In this document: in pieces, positions 13,330-27,052 of the stretch
Numbering within the stretch: the stretch's first letter is position 1
Layout: each line of letters starts with the position of its first letter
NCBI RefSeq assembly: GCF_009914755.1
Contig: NC_060925.1
Source of the DNA: the human T2T-CHM13v2.0 reference genome, Homo sapiens
Length of the DNA: 64,000 bases
Reading direction: 5' to 3' (one strand)
Translations under genes and position numbers: made by a program
The notes under the pieces: model-generated
The model's input: the letters and a program-made list of their open reading frames with translations, nothing else
Database searches by the model: none
What the model was told of the DNA's origin: nothing

Positions 13330-13632
13330 GGCCCCTAATCAAATATAAGCAGTGTCCTTATAAAAGAACGCCATGTGAAAACAGGCACACACGGGGAGAA
13401 GCCAGCCACGTGAAGATGGAGGCAGAGATTGGAGCTATGCTGCCACCAGCCAAAGAACACCTGCAGCCACCAGAAGCTAGGAAGAGGCGAGGAAGGACTC
13501 AGGGGGAGCATGGCCCTGCCGACACCTGGATTTCATACTTCCAGCCTCCAGAACGGTAACATGATACATTTGTGTTGTTTTAAGCCACCCAGTTTGTGGT
13601 AATTTGTTAAGGCGGCCTTAGGGAACTATTAT
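13330..13632 (+). mobile_element. MLT1 (MaLR) LTR fragment
   Basis: gtgaagatggaggcagagattggag ... ttttaagccacccagtttgtggtaatttgtt. Confidence 0.8.
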
Positions 13633-13749
13633 GCTGCCTAATACTCAACCTGACCAGCCTAAAAAGGTCAACTGAAACTAATGGTAAAAAAGGGTGCAAA
13701 GGCATTAAAAACAGCCTCGTTAATATCATGGCTTTGTATGCTCCAAGGC

Positions 13750-13918
13750 AAGGCTTCTCAAAAATGTGGTCCCTTGGCAACTCTCCAAAAATGCAAATTT
13801 TCAGGCACCACTTCAGACCTACGGAATCAGAAATTCTGGGAGCAGGGCTCAGCAGCCTGTGTTCTCACAGCCTTCTGGGAGATTCTGATGCTGATGAAGC
13901 ATGAGAGCCACTGCTCTA
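13750..13918. mobile_element. MER5A-type (hAT-Charlie)
   Basis: ttctcaaaatgtggtcc ... aaatgcaaattttcagg ... gaatcagaaattctggg ... gagagccactg. Confidence 0.75.
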
Positions 13919-15276
13919 AGGGGCCCCACTATCCATTTGAATATGAGATTTAAAAGGGGCAGTCATCATTGATGCCATAAGATGGTCATAATGAAGTCCC
14001 TGCAAAAAGGGGCTAGAATTTGAGATGGGAAGAGTTACCAAACATAGTTTCTTCCCTGCTGAAACCTCAAAATACCTCCACGTGGAAAGAAAATGTTGGC
14101 AGCACTCTGTTTAGGGATCTTCCTGTTTCTCTCCAGCTTCATTGCCTACCACGTGCTCCCACACAGCTGATTCCAGAATTAGTCATATGCTGTCTCACCC
14201 CTTGCCCAGACCTTTCCCTCTGCCTGGGCCACTCCCCAGGCCCCTCACTCTCCATCTCCCTGGCCGGAGCGCATTCACCCTTTGCAGTTCAGCTATAACG
14301 TCTGTTCCTCTTAGGGACTTCCTTTTTGTACCCCAGCCTAGATTTGGTGCCTTCTTCTGAACTTTAATAGCATAGCAGGACAGCTGATTTTATTTACTAG
14401 GTAGTGATTCCATTATTTTTAGATTCCTAATGCCTAACATGGTGCCGAGCCAGCAACAGTAAGATTTTGTTAAATGAGGAATGAATAAAGCTTGAAGCTC
14501 TTTGGGAAGCTCTTCACCTCCTGATGAGGAACCCAAGGTTAAAATACCGAAACACACTGTGCAAATACCATGTTATCTGAGAAGGGACCTTTGAAACTAT
14601 TAGTAGCCATTAGCACCTTTACTCAAATTTGTGGGTCCAGATGGCTACTCTCAACAGGGCCTAGGACATGTAAATTTTGATTTGGGAATGGAGAGGGGAA
14701 ATGAAAGATGAGTGGTGTTGAAGTGATGGGTGTGGGACTGTGGTCACTGCAAAAAGCAGATGTAGAAGGTCCTGGCCAAAAGGCTGGGACTAGACCCAGT
14801 CACACATTGACTAGGTGGGAGCTAGGCAGCAGCATTATGTGGAGATCATAATACCTTACCCCGACCTCCCAGAGCTTCCGGAAAATGAAACAACATAAAT
14901 AGGAGAAAGCATTTCGGAAACAAAAATCACACAAAGGCAAAGTATCATGAGAGAGAGTTTAGAAAAGGGGAGAGACGTTCTACTCCATAAAAATGAGCAA
15001 ACATTGCCAGGGCAGGGTTTACATACAGGAATGCAACCCTGGCCATGTTACGTAACCTTTCTGCGCCTCATTTGCCTCTCTGTAAAATGGACAAGAGTGC
15101 AGACTTCATTGGTTTTAAATAATAGGTAAAACAATGCATTTAAAACATCCAGCACAGCTTAAGCATGGATTACAAAGAGAGTACATTAAGGTAGGACAGA
15201 AGTTGACTTTTTTTCCCTCAGAGAAAAAAGATACTATCATTTCCTTCAATAAACTCAAAGTTAGATTTTGAGACCG

Positions 15277-15348
15277 GCTGGTCTCAGGCCCTGTGGGCAA
15301 CAGAGACCTATAATAAGATCACTATCCAAGCCAGTTATAGTCAGCACA
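15277..15348 (-). repeat. Inverted copy of 12269-12340
   Basis: 72 bp with 3 mismatches. The same peptide ([20 protein letters not shown]) appears in opposite-strand ORFs 12261+ and 15261-. Confidence 0.95.
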
Positions 15349-15396
15349 GTGTTCTCAGGTCTAGTAACTTTCTTGGGTCTAGTAACAGAATAAAAA

Positions 15397-15694
15397 TTTT
15401 TTTTTTTTTTTTGAGATGGAGTCTTGCTCTCTCGCCCAGGCTGGAATGCAGTGGCATGATCTCGGCTCACTGCAACCTCTGTCTCCCAGGTTCATGCAAT
15501 TCTCCTGCCTCAGCCTCCTGAGTAGCTGGGATTACAGGCCTGCACCACCACACCCGGCTAATTTTTGTATTTTTAGTAGAGATGGGGTTTCACTATGTTG
15601 GCCAGGCTGGTTTTGAACTCCTGGCCTCAGGTGATCCACCTGCCTCGGCCTCCCAAAGTGCTGGGATTACAGGCGTGAGCCACTGTGCCCGGCC
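15397..15694 (-). mobile_element. Alu (AluSx-like)
   Basis: Full-length Alu with poly(T). Confidence 0.95.
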
Positions 15695-15833
15695 CAGAGT
15701 AAATTTTTTTATGTTATAATCTCAGTCAGCTCTTCCTTGTTTAGCCTTTGTAAGGGTATGCATTTTGGGGATTTATACGTAGAAATCTCAGTACCAAGGT
15801 CACGAAAAAGACTGCTATAAAAAAAAGACCCCT

Positions 15834-16145
<312 letters not shown>

Positions 16146-16149
16146 TCAA

Positions 16150-16270
16150 GCTGGGTGTGGTGACGCACACCTGTAATCCCTGCTACCCAAACTGAGATGG
16201 GAAGACTGCTTGAGCACAGGAGTTCATGACCAGCCAGGGCAACATAGTGAGACCTCATCTTAAAAACAAA
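16150..16270 (+). mobile_element. FLAM/AluJ monomer
   Basis: Single diverged Alu arm. Confidence 0.8.
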
Positions 16271-16296
16271 ATCTCTCCATACTAAATCTCCCCACA

Positions 16297-16498
16297 GAGC
16301 ACAACACACAGCACACAGTGCATACACAGTGTGCACACAAAGTGCACATAACACATACACAAAGCACACAGCACACAGTGCGCACACACATCACAGTGTG
16401 CGCACACACACCCTGCACACATACAAAGCACACACACAGCACATACACAAAGTGCACACACAGCACACATGTGCATGTGCACATACACATACACACAG
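16297..16498. repeat. Degenerate CA/TG-rich simple repeat
   Basis: GCACACA/GTGCACAC motifs reiterated. Confidence 0.9.
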
Positions 16499-17910
16499 CT
16501 ACTATTTCTAGAGTTGGCCATTTTCTCCTGCTCCTGCTCAGCCTTGAACTGGCCTGATGGTTAAACCGTAGTATGCTGGCCATTCTGCCGCTGCTATGTC
16601 CTGACAAGTATGACTAGGCCAACACAGGGATCATGGGAAGTGGCTAATTATCAGGCTTTCAGAATAAAGTTCAAGGGCCTAAAAACTTATCTAGAAATTT
16701 TTTACTGGCCTTCTTTTTCTCTTCCTCCACCCCTGAAATCGGGCTGTATCTTAGGCCTACCAGTGGCCCTACAGGTACCACTTAACTCTTTGTAACTCTG
16801 GGGTCAAGGATTTTGCTGACTTTCATGAACACTAGCATTGAGAGTGCCCTAGAGAAGCAGTGACTGTACTGGGTGCCCTGTTTTCTTGTGAAGATCTGAG
16901 CATGCTCCCCCCAGAGCTTCTTCCAAGGATACAGCCTACCTCCCTTGGAGTTTCCCTTTACATCTCCTATAAGGAGACTAAAGGAATGGGGCTTTAAGCT
17001 CTTTGATATATTCTAAAGAGAGACTGCCAGGGATAGATGGGGTGTCTCCCATCACAAGGGCCTTAATTAGGTATGTAGATGGTCTTTTATCCATTAGGAG
17101 GCCAGTATTTTCAGGCCAGCCACTGGTAAATGATAATAATTCTTGCCATTTATTGCTTGCTCAGGGACATAATATCATTTATTCTTCACAACCACCCTCT
17201 GGTACAGACACTACTTCCTCATTTTTCTCACAAGACAACTGAGATTCATAGAGGCCCTGTAACTTATCGGAGCCCCAGAGCTAGCAAATGGCAGGTGTAG
17301 GATCGGAAACACAGGTTTCAAAGTCCATGCACAAGAGGCAGAATTACTTGTGCTTATTCCGATCCAGGCCTCTCTGGGCCAGTCAGTTCTTATGAAGTTC
17401 ACTTGGCTCCCATAGCCTTCTGTTTACTAGCCTATCTCACAAGAGTCATCTCCCGCAGCAGCGTCAGTCTAAGGCAAATGTGTCAACTAGAACTCTCTCA
17501 GGCCCTGCCTGGTATCCCTGAAATCACACTCTGAGTAATAATTAGGGCATGTCTAACATTTGTAGGCCTTTCCTGTTCATAAGTATTTCAACATATATTA
17601 TCTACACATAAGGTTGGTCCTGTTAGCAATGTTTACAAAATCATTTGCAATCATTTAATTGAAAAGTAATACAAAACAAAAACAACTGTCCCACAGGAGA
17701 GAGGGGATAGAGGATGCCCACCTTTCCTGAATGCCCACCACATGCTGGGCACAAGCTCAGAGAGGCAATATAATTTATAAGAAAGAGGAGGAGCTTCATA
17801 GTTGGAGAAAGCTGTCTTGATTCCTGTCTCTGCCCCAGCTAGAAGACCTGAGACAGGTTACTTAACCTCCACAGGCCTTTGTTTCCTCATCTGGGAAACA
17901 GTGCTAATGA

Positions 17911-18215
<305 letters not shown>

Positions 18216-20271
18216 CAGTGACAGCAATTATGAAGAGTTATTGGGAAAAGTAAATAAGAAAATGCAAGCACCTAAAAAATACGTAGAAAGAAAACACCCA
18301 GCACCATGTGCAGCACAGAATGGGCATCATTCTATCATGATCAAGTCTCCTCTGCCTGATTAATCCTTCCAGCATTGCTTTAGATCAGTGATTACATGAG
18401 GCAGCAGGTTCTGAGAGGTAAAGTAACTTCTAAGATCATAAAACTATGAAGTGGCATAAATCAGAATAGTCTGAATCTGGAGCTCATGTCCAGGTTGTAA
18501 CGTGGGAGTGCCTTGAATGTGGAGAAGGGAAGATTCTCAAACATGTGGGTTTTTAATCCCTTACAATTTTTGACTACACTCTTAGTCCTGGCTTGGACAC
18601 AAACTTTCCACCAGGCTCCCAAAAGCCCCATTCTCAAGTCCAAGAAATGTTCTTGTTAAAAAAAAAAAAAAAAGAAAGAAAGAAAAAAAACCCCCTCACC
18701 TACAGATGAAGTTGGAAGAAGTGACAACCAGGACAGACGTAAGCCACGGGTTGTGCATGTGGTGGGTGTTTGGCAGGGTGTGGGGGGTGCGAAAGAGACG
18801 AAGCTAGTTGGTGATTGCTATTACTAGATTCAATCCCCCACGCAACTCCAAGCTCTGTGCAGTAAAAGCATTTTAGAAATCCAGAGCAGTGAATGTTCAA
18901 CACACATTCTTCTTGGGGATATTGTTCATGCAATGCTTCATCAGTTCTCAGGGTGTTTGGATTAATCTTAAGCCTACATTACATTATAAACAGGAGTATA
19001 ACTTGAACTTCCAGCTTCCTTTCTCTACTCCTTTCCTCCATCTTCTTTGGGACCGTTCCCTTTTGAAGGCCTCATTGCTTTGGCCCAGCCACCACTTAAA
19101 GGGCCCAGCCCTTCCCAGGACATTTCCTCCTGCTTGCTTCTGCCCTGGCAACTTGTCCTGGCAGCTGTTTCATAGCTCTGGAATCACAAAGCAATTCCAG
19201 AGTCCCCTGGGCCTAGCTCTGGGGCCTCCTTACCCTCATTTGCCCCAAATAATAGCCTTTAATTGCTATTAACATTCCTTTCTAGCAGAAACATAGCATG
19301 CACATCTGTGGTCAGCCTGTGATCTACTGTGACCACCGGCCTTTTGCTTCCTGCCGTATTTGGAATGTTCTATTCCATTTTATACTCGTAAGTTTGCCTT
19401 TCCTCTGTTAGCATACATCTTGGCTTTTAGCTTCTTGTATTTCTAACCTGTTCCCTATTTGCAGGGGAAAATTATCTAAATGGATAGGTCCCCCTCAACC
19501 TCCCATTCTTTCCAGTCAAGCATAACTCTACCCTACTTCTTTTATCATATTTATGAAACGTAGGTAGCTAATTTTCAAATTAAAGTATGCAGAACTAGGA
19601 CTACAGAGTGGAAATTATAAGAAGATAGATTTCAACTGAATAGAAAAAAAGTGCTTCCTAATCACTGGAGCTGTTTAAAAAGTAGAGTGGGGCTGGCTGT
19701 GAGGAAGTGAGTTCCTAGTCGGTGGAGGGGTTCAAGCAGAGGCTGGGCAACCATGGGGCAGGTGGAATTCGTGCAGCATCATCACTAGGGGCTCTTTTAA
19801 CCATGGTAGCATATAATTCTGTGAAAACTTTTTACTGGACATCAGAAATCCACCTGAAATTTTAAGCTTTTTGCTTATTTTTAACTTATCCATTTATGGA
19901 CATTTTCAATACTAATCTTGTTTTTCAAGATGCAGGGCAGCTCCCAACTGCTTTTCACCATCTAGTTACTAGAGTAAATTCCATTAGTACGAACTTCTGG
20001 ATGTTCATCATCTACTTAAGGTGGAGAAAAACACTGTTCTTATTTTATGGATAGGACAGCCACAAAGTGGTCAAGTATAAAAGTCCATCTCTTTTGGATT
20101 CCCACAACACTTGTCAGCTGCCCAACCACCACCATCCGCCCCTTCCCATATTTATTGAACAATTACTATATGTTTGGTACTGAATGCAATACAAACATGA
20201 CTCGGATATTGACTCTATTTTTAAGAAGTTAACAGTTTAAGAGGAAAAATAAGAAAAGCACATAAATATAA

Positions 20272-20478
20272 CAGGAGTCAGCATTTTTTTTTTTTTTTTC
20301 TCTGTAAAGGGACAGAGTATCTAGGTTAGGCCTTGTACACCACATATGGTCTCTGCTGCACATTCTTCTTCGGTTCCTCACCCCCTCCAACCATTAAAAA
20401 AATGTAAATACTATTCTTAGTTTGAGGGACTTACATAAACAAGTTGTGACCTGGATTTGGCCCTTGGTTTATGCACCC
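20272..20478. mobile_element. MER58-type (hAT-Charlie)
   Basis: caggagtcagca...ctgtaaagggacagag ... ggatttggcc...cccctg. Confidence 0.65.
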
Positions 20479-20649
20479 CTGAAATGCAGGAAGCTGTCAA
20501 GGGATAACTTTCACTTGCATCAGCTAAAGTTTCATTTGGGTGGATCTTTAAAGACAGGTTCGATTGGGACTTCGGAAATGGGGAGGGGGCTTTCTAGGTG
20601 GAATGAGATCTTTCTCATCACACATTGTCCCCTCTTTTCTATTCTTAGA

Positions 20650-20830
20650 GCAGAGATTTTCAAAGAGTGAGGTCTTATTAAAAATGCAAATTTTCAGGTC
20701 CACAGTGGTTCTCAGACTTGAGCACACAACAAAATCACCTGGAGGGTTTGTTAAAACAGAATGCTGGGCCTCACCCATCCCCAGACTTCTGAGGCTGCTG
20801 GTCCTGGGACCACACTTTGAGAACCACTGT
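20650..20830. mobile_element. MER5A-type
   Basis: cagtggttctcag ... ggaccacactttgagaaccactg. Confidence 0.75.
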
Positions 20831-21748
20831 CTTGGAGAATGGTGGGGAAGCAGAAGTGGAACAGAGATTGTGCTCTATTTTAATGTTTGAGAACTAAAAG
20901 GTAATGAAAGTCGCCACTGGAGAAGAGGAAGATGATCTGCACTTCAAGTCCTAAAGGCTTTGCAGAGCATCAAGTTCATTCCATTTAGTACATGTACTCA
21001 GAAAGGGGATTTGAGCCACTGTACGTTAGTGATGGCTTTTTTCTTTCGGGCAGGAGCTTTGAGCCTTGTTAGGCTCACCCACTGGAGACAGCAAATCACT
21101 GTACGGGACTGTATGCTTGGGAAGATCTTTTCTTCTGAGTCTTGGTTATTGGCACATACTCTGCCTTGTTTCTGATACATCTGCATATTTTTTACCACTC
21201 CTACAAAATGGTCCCCTCTGCATCATGCCTAATACTATTCCCTTTGATAGGAAAAAAAAAAAAAGGCAGTGCTTCTATTTTATCATTTAAATTAAATGCC
21301 TTCTAAAAATTCAGATGTGGAGCTCAGAGAGGCTGAGCTGAGGAGACAGAAGAAGGGAAAGACAAGCCAGAGAGAGTACACAGAGGAATCTCAGAGGAGG
21401 CGATGGGCAACCAGACACATGAGGAGTCGTTAATCTGGCAGACAATGAATGGCAAAAGGCAATTAGCTTGGCTGGGATTGTAGCAAGCCAATGAAGTATG
21501 CTGTATTGCAACTGAGGCTCTAGTGTAAGGGCAGGGTCATTGCTAGGGAGCTCAAAAGGAAGGCAAGATAAGGGAGGTTAGAGGCGAGAAAGCCACCTGG
21601 GGCTAGCACAGAGGGAAAGGAAAGTGCTAACGGTCTTCATGGATATTCATTACCCAGTGGAAGCGTCCAGGTGTGGCTGTGTACTTGCCAGGGCTCTGCA
21701 CACTGTTATTCAGGACACAATCTTGAAAATGAACTAGGTGCTTCAGCT

Positions 21749-21805
21749 GTGTGCACACATACGTGCACACACACACACACACACACATGCACATGCACAT
21801 ACACA
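21749..21805. repeat. (CA)n compound microsatellite
   Basis: Direct reading. Confidence 0.9.
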
Positions 21806-22441
21806 AATGCTCTCTTTAGACTGCTGCCTCTTCATCCACCTGTCTAGTCTGTGAGGTCCTAACGCGAGGTCCACATGCTAAACACTGGCGGAGTCATAAC
21901 AGATACAGTTCTAAACTTCAGTTTATGGGCTCCCTTTCCTATCTTAAAGCATGCTTTTTTTTTCTGTTATGCCTCATTCACATGCGCGTTCTCACGTTCT
22001 GTTCCTTGCAGGTGCTCTACGGCCATACTAATGGATTCTTATCTGCCTGTATACATTCTCCAGACACACTCGTTTATTCACTTCACTAGAGTCATTCCCA
22101 CATATTAAATACTACCTCTTGCTTCTAAAAAGCACTTCAAATCTCAAAGTTGCTTCTATTATAGCTCCTGTTCCTGCTGTCTGCAGGGCCCTCCTAGCTT
22201 TGCCATTATTCTAAAAAGGAAAATGTACCAATATTGGTTTGACTGAGTAAAGAGCCCAACCCAAAGCAGATTGTCCTACCGTGGGATGCAGGTTTGTGGC
22301 TGTGGTGTCCCCGCCTTCAAGATCATCCCATTTATCTGTCTTTGTTCCACTCCCTCTCTCTTCCTGCACAACACTGCAATCACACACATACTCCGTGTTG
22401 GGAAAAAAAAAAGGACAGCCTAATTTCCTGATGATTATGTT

Positions 22442-22500
22442 GTTACCTAGCAACAGCCAATCAGGGGCTGGGCTTTTTGCCTGCAGTATTTCATGCAAAT
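22442..22500. promoter_or_regulatory. Candidate intronic enhancer or alternative promoter (RFX X-box, CCAAT, octamer)
   Basis: GTTACCTAGCAAC (22442-22454), CCAATCAG (22457-22464) and ATGCAAAT (22493-22500) in apparently non-repetitive DNA. Confidence 0.45.
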
Positions 22501-24156
22501 AGTTTGGAGAAATTGCAGGGTAACCCAGGCTGCTTAGTCTGTCTTCTCAGGGGACACATTACAGAATAAACCAACCCAAAAGGGGACTATTGAAGCCAGG
22601 CACATGCTTCAGATAGCAGGCCATCTGATCCCTTCCCTTGTCCCCTCTATCCTGTACCCCCTTACAAAAGCATGAGAGTTCCACAGACAGACACTCAGGG
22701 AGGCCATAAACTTGAAAAGAAGCTCATTAGCAGCCATCATTTTCCCTGGATCTTTGTTAGTTATCACTGATAACTGGCGCCCAGAGCAACCTCGAATACT
22801 CTGAAAACCCTACCTTCCTAGGAAGGCAAAGAATGCATGCTGCATGCTCAGTAGTTGTCTGGGAGGATGTGATAGAGAATCCTCAGCCCTCCTGTTTAGA
22901 AAGGAGCTAAGCCTGGCACTTCTACCCTGATTTAGAAGCCTCATCTGTGCCCATGCTGGCCTCAAGTGCATTCTTCCTGGTGCTGACTGGAAAATCCTCA
23001 TTTAAATGGTTGAACAAAACAATGAGAGAAGCCACATCACTTATAAGACCTTTTCAAGAGGTTTTTTTTTTTTTTTTTTTCTTCCAACAAGTACTGAGCA
23101 TTTGATGTAAATCTTGTCAGGAGCCACACACACCAACTTTCTGTGCTCAGGGACCAGTGCAGTCTGTGTGGACCAGAACCATATGAAGTGGACTCAGGAG
23201 ATAGTCTCCAAGCCTGTCTCCTCAGAGTGAGCAGGCTAGGCTTCAGAAGGTAGGTTGATTTTGCTGTCATTGTTGTTATTGACTTGATGCTCAGTAATCC
23301 AGAGCCAATGAAGGCAAGAATAAACTCTACCCAGCAGTCTTGCAAAGATGTGTTGTGGGTTACATGGGGACAACGAAGAGATGGATCAGCCCACATCACC
23401 ATCAGGAATGGAAAACCAATTCAAAATCCCTATCCTACTGATTTGGAGTTTTACATACTTGTAAGACAAGAGGTAATTATACTCGAATCATTAAAGGAAG
23501 TGGTGACAGCTCTCCAACCTCTGACATTCACAGCCTCACATCCAGAGCCATATTATAGAACCAAAGAAAAGAACTGTCAATCTGCCTTTGTTCAGAAAGG
23601 CAGAGTTAAGGAATCTCATGTATCCTGGGGGTTGGGGAGGGCAATGGATAACTCTATTTCCACTCCTGTCCTATAATAAATTTCAGAAAATTTTTGAGTC
23701 AGGCACTTTTATCCTCATAGCCTTGGAATACATAACAGAAACCATATTTTACAGAAAAGGACACTGATGAGTAACTTGCTCAAACTTATACAGTTACAAA
23801 GTGGCAAAACTGGGATTAAAAAGCAGATCTTTTGACTCAAGTGAACTCTGATGTCCAAATAATCCAAGAACACCATCAAGTCTTTATAGCAGCAAAAGAA
23901 AAAAAAAAGTAAAGGAAAAAGGGGAACAGCAACAGAAAGCCAGTTTTCAAAGTAAAAAAAAAGTCAACTTTTTGCACTTATCATAGGCACCAAAAGGTCT
24001 TTAAACTAAAGTTAAATGTTAAACCTTCAGTGACTCTCTCCTCCAGCTGCAAATCAGAACCACAGCAGTGCATGCTGGAAACACCAATGCCTGGGCCCCA
24101 CTCCTGATCAACTAATTAACTAAGAATTTTTTGGTAGGGGGAGCAGAGAGGCAATG

Positions 24157-24480
<324 letters not shown>

Positions 24481-24494
24481 TAAAGCACTTCCCA

Positions 24495-25044
24495 GGAATA
24501 GCACAACCACTTTGGAAATCAGTCTGCCAATTTCTTATAAAACTAAACATTCATCTACCCTATAACCCAGAAATTCCATCCTTAGGAATTCACTCAAGCA
24601 AAATGAAAACATATGTTCATAAAAAGTCTTGTACAAATACGTTCATAGCAGCTTCATTCATAATAGCCCCCAAACCTGTGGTATATCCACACAATGGAAT
24701 GCTATTCATCAATAAAGAGAAACAAAATATTAATATGTGCAACAACATGGATGAATTTAAAAAATACTATGCTGAATAAAAGAAGCCTTATACAAGGGTA
24801 CATACTACATGGTTCTATTTATATGGAGTTCTTAGAATAAAGTTAATCTATGATAGAAAAAAATCAGAGCAGTGGTTGCCTCTGTGGGGTACGGGGTGGG
24901 GAATGGCTGGGAAGGGGGAAGAGGGAATTTCTGGGGTGATGTTGATAGGGATTTGTACTATATCAATGCATGCCTCTGTCAAAATTTACAGAATAGTGTT
25001 TTTCAAATTTGTGCATTTTGTTGTATATACATTTTACCTTAAGA

Positions 25045-25075
<31 letters not shown>

Positions 25076-25325
25076 ATTGAACTCTAGTTAATGCTATACA
25101 TACTGAAGTGTTTAGGACTGAAGTATCCTGATGCCTGCAATTTATTGTGAAATGCATTAAGAAAAGATGAACTGATGATGGATGGGGGATGGACAGTTGG
25201 ACAGATATGTGATAAGGCAAGTATGGTAAAATGTTAATTGTAGAATCTGGATAGGATACATGTGACATTCACTGTATACTTATTTCAACTTTTTGGTATG
25301 TTCAGAACTTTTCATAAGAAAATTT
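24495..25325 (+). mobile_element. Old L1M 3' fragments
   Basis: accactttggaaa...; atgttcataaaaag; aacatggatgaat; (TAAA)n tail. Confidence 0.8.
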
Positions 25326-26574
25326 GGGGACAAATTACCCAGGCGATTCCAATGAGCAGACATTGGGGTAAAAGACAAATTTCAATTATCTTAGTTGAAA
25401 AGTGTGAAATGAATACTATAGGGTCCCTAAATCTCCAGAGATGATGGCAATCACACCTCTCCCCTCTCCTCCAAAATATCTGAAACATTGGAATAAATGT
25501 CCAGATTGAAACAAGACTTCCTAGTATTAGACTAAATCATACAAAAACACTGTGGCCTACTTATCACTGGACTTATGTAGGACACGTCATTTAACATATG
25601 GCCTCATGGGACAAAATATTTGAAATTAGGACAGTCGTGGAAATTTTGGGCAATATGGTATCTATAATGCTTTAGAATTAAAAAACCTTAAGCCAACCTC
25701 AGTAGGTGTGACAGTAAAGTACGAATTCACCACTCAGTCTATGGCTTAAGAGCCTCTATTCAGCCCCTGCTTCTCCTCCAGGGTTTGTATCCCTAGTCTT
25801 CTCAGAGCCTGCTGTTTTCTATAGCTCCATTTCCCCATGGTGGGCCACAAATCCACAGGGTTAATGCAGGATCAGGTATTTGGAGAGGGAGAAGCTGGCA
25901 CGTGGTACCTCAAAGGACCTGAATGGACAGTTGATTTTAACGGGGTGGGGAAGGGTGAGGGGAGGGGTAAAAGGGGAAATAATGCAGTCAAGTGCAATCT
26001 GGGGCCCTTATTCCCTGAGCTGCCCCATTTATTCTGCATAATTGCTTCATTTCCACTGCCAGTGCATCTCAGAATGAATTTCATTACCATTGCCTTGGAT
26101 ATCATATTGATTACCAGTTTCATCGATCCCTATCTTGCTAATTAGCATATAAATTAGCCATTTGGGGGAGGCATTAGGCAAAATTGAATTTTCTCCTTAA
26201 TCTTCTTTCAGAAGGTAAATGAAAATGGATGTGGCCTGTTAAAGCCCATGGCCTTCCTCTGACACAATCTAAGTGCTGTTCACAGCCAAGGAACCCTCTG
26301 GTATGGGGAGAGAGTGGCTTGTGGAAGGCGGCTTCCTGCCCCGTAACTGATAAGAGCTGCGGTCAGAATCCTTGAAGAGTTTTCACAAAAATTTGAGGTA
26401 GAGGCTTTGCAAGCTGAGATGCATTTCTTTGGAGGAGACACTCTGAGCTGACGGACAGCAGCGTCCTCCTCCCACACAGACACAAGAGGAGGCCCCTTGG
26501 TACAGCACTTCCTATGGTGTTCACTTTCAAGGCTGAAATGGAGAATGCCACTCGCTCTTTGGTTTAGTGTTAAC

Positions 26575-26770
26575 ACGAGGAGTCTGGAATCAGATGGTCT
26601 GTGGGAAGGCCTGCTCTGCCTCTTACCAGCTGTGTAATATTGAGCACATTCACCTCTCTAAGCCTTAGTTTCCTCATCTGTGAAATGGGGATAATCACAA
26701 CACCTACTTCACTGAGTAGCTGGGACAATGAGAGGAACCATATATTCAGAGCATTCAGCACAGGGTCTGG
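26575..26770 (+). mobile_element. MIR
   Basis: Core ctctctaagccttagtttcctcatctgtgaaatggggataat. Confidence 0.8.
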
Positions 26771-26899
26771 CAGCAGCACCATCACCAGGCACCAGAGGTC
26801 AAATAAAAATCTTAGGAAATTGAATGCCAGGGTTCTCCAGAGGGAGCTGCTCAGCTCTGAAGTAAACATTACCAGGTGCTTAGTCCCGGGAACAGGTCA

Positions 26900-27052
26900 C
26901 AGGCCAGTAGTTGAGGGCCACTTCTTGAGTCTTTGGAGCATGTTGAAAATGCAGAATCTTGGGCCCCACCCCAGACCTGCTGAATCTGAATGAGCATTGC
27001 AACAAGATCCTCTGGGTCATTCACGTGCACATTAAAGCTTAAGAGGAATTGT
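26900..27052. mobile_element. MER5-type
   Basis: aaaatgcagaatcttgggccccaccccagacctgctgaatctgaa. Confidence 0.7.

Noticed and set aside
12269-15348. 72-bp inverted repeats as termini of a 3-kb DNA transposon
   Set aside because: No TSD, no typical terminal bases and no transposase remnant. The interior holds much older MLT1/MER5A elements than the ~4% arm divergence allows.
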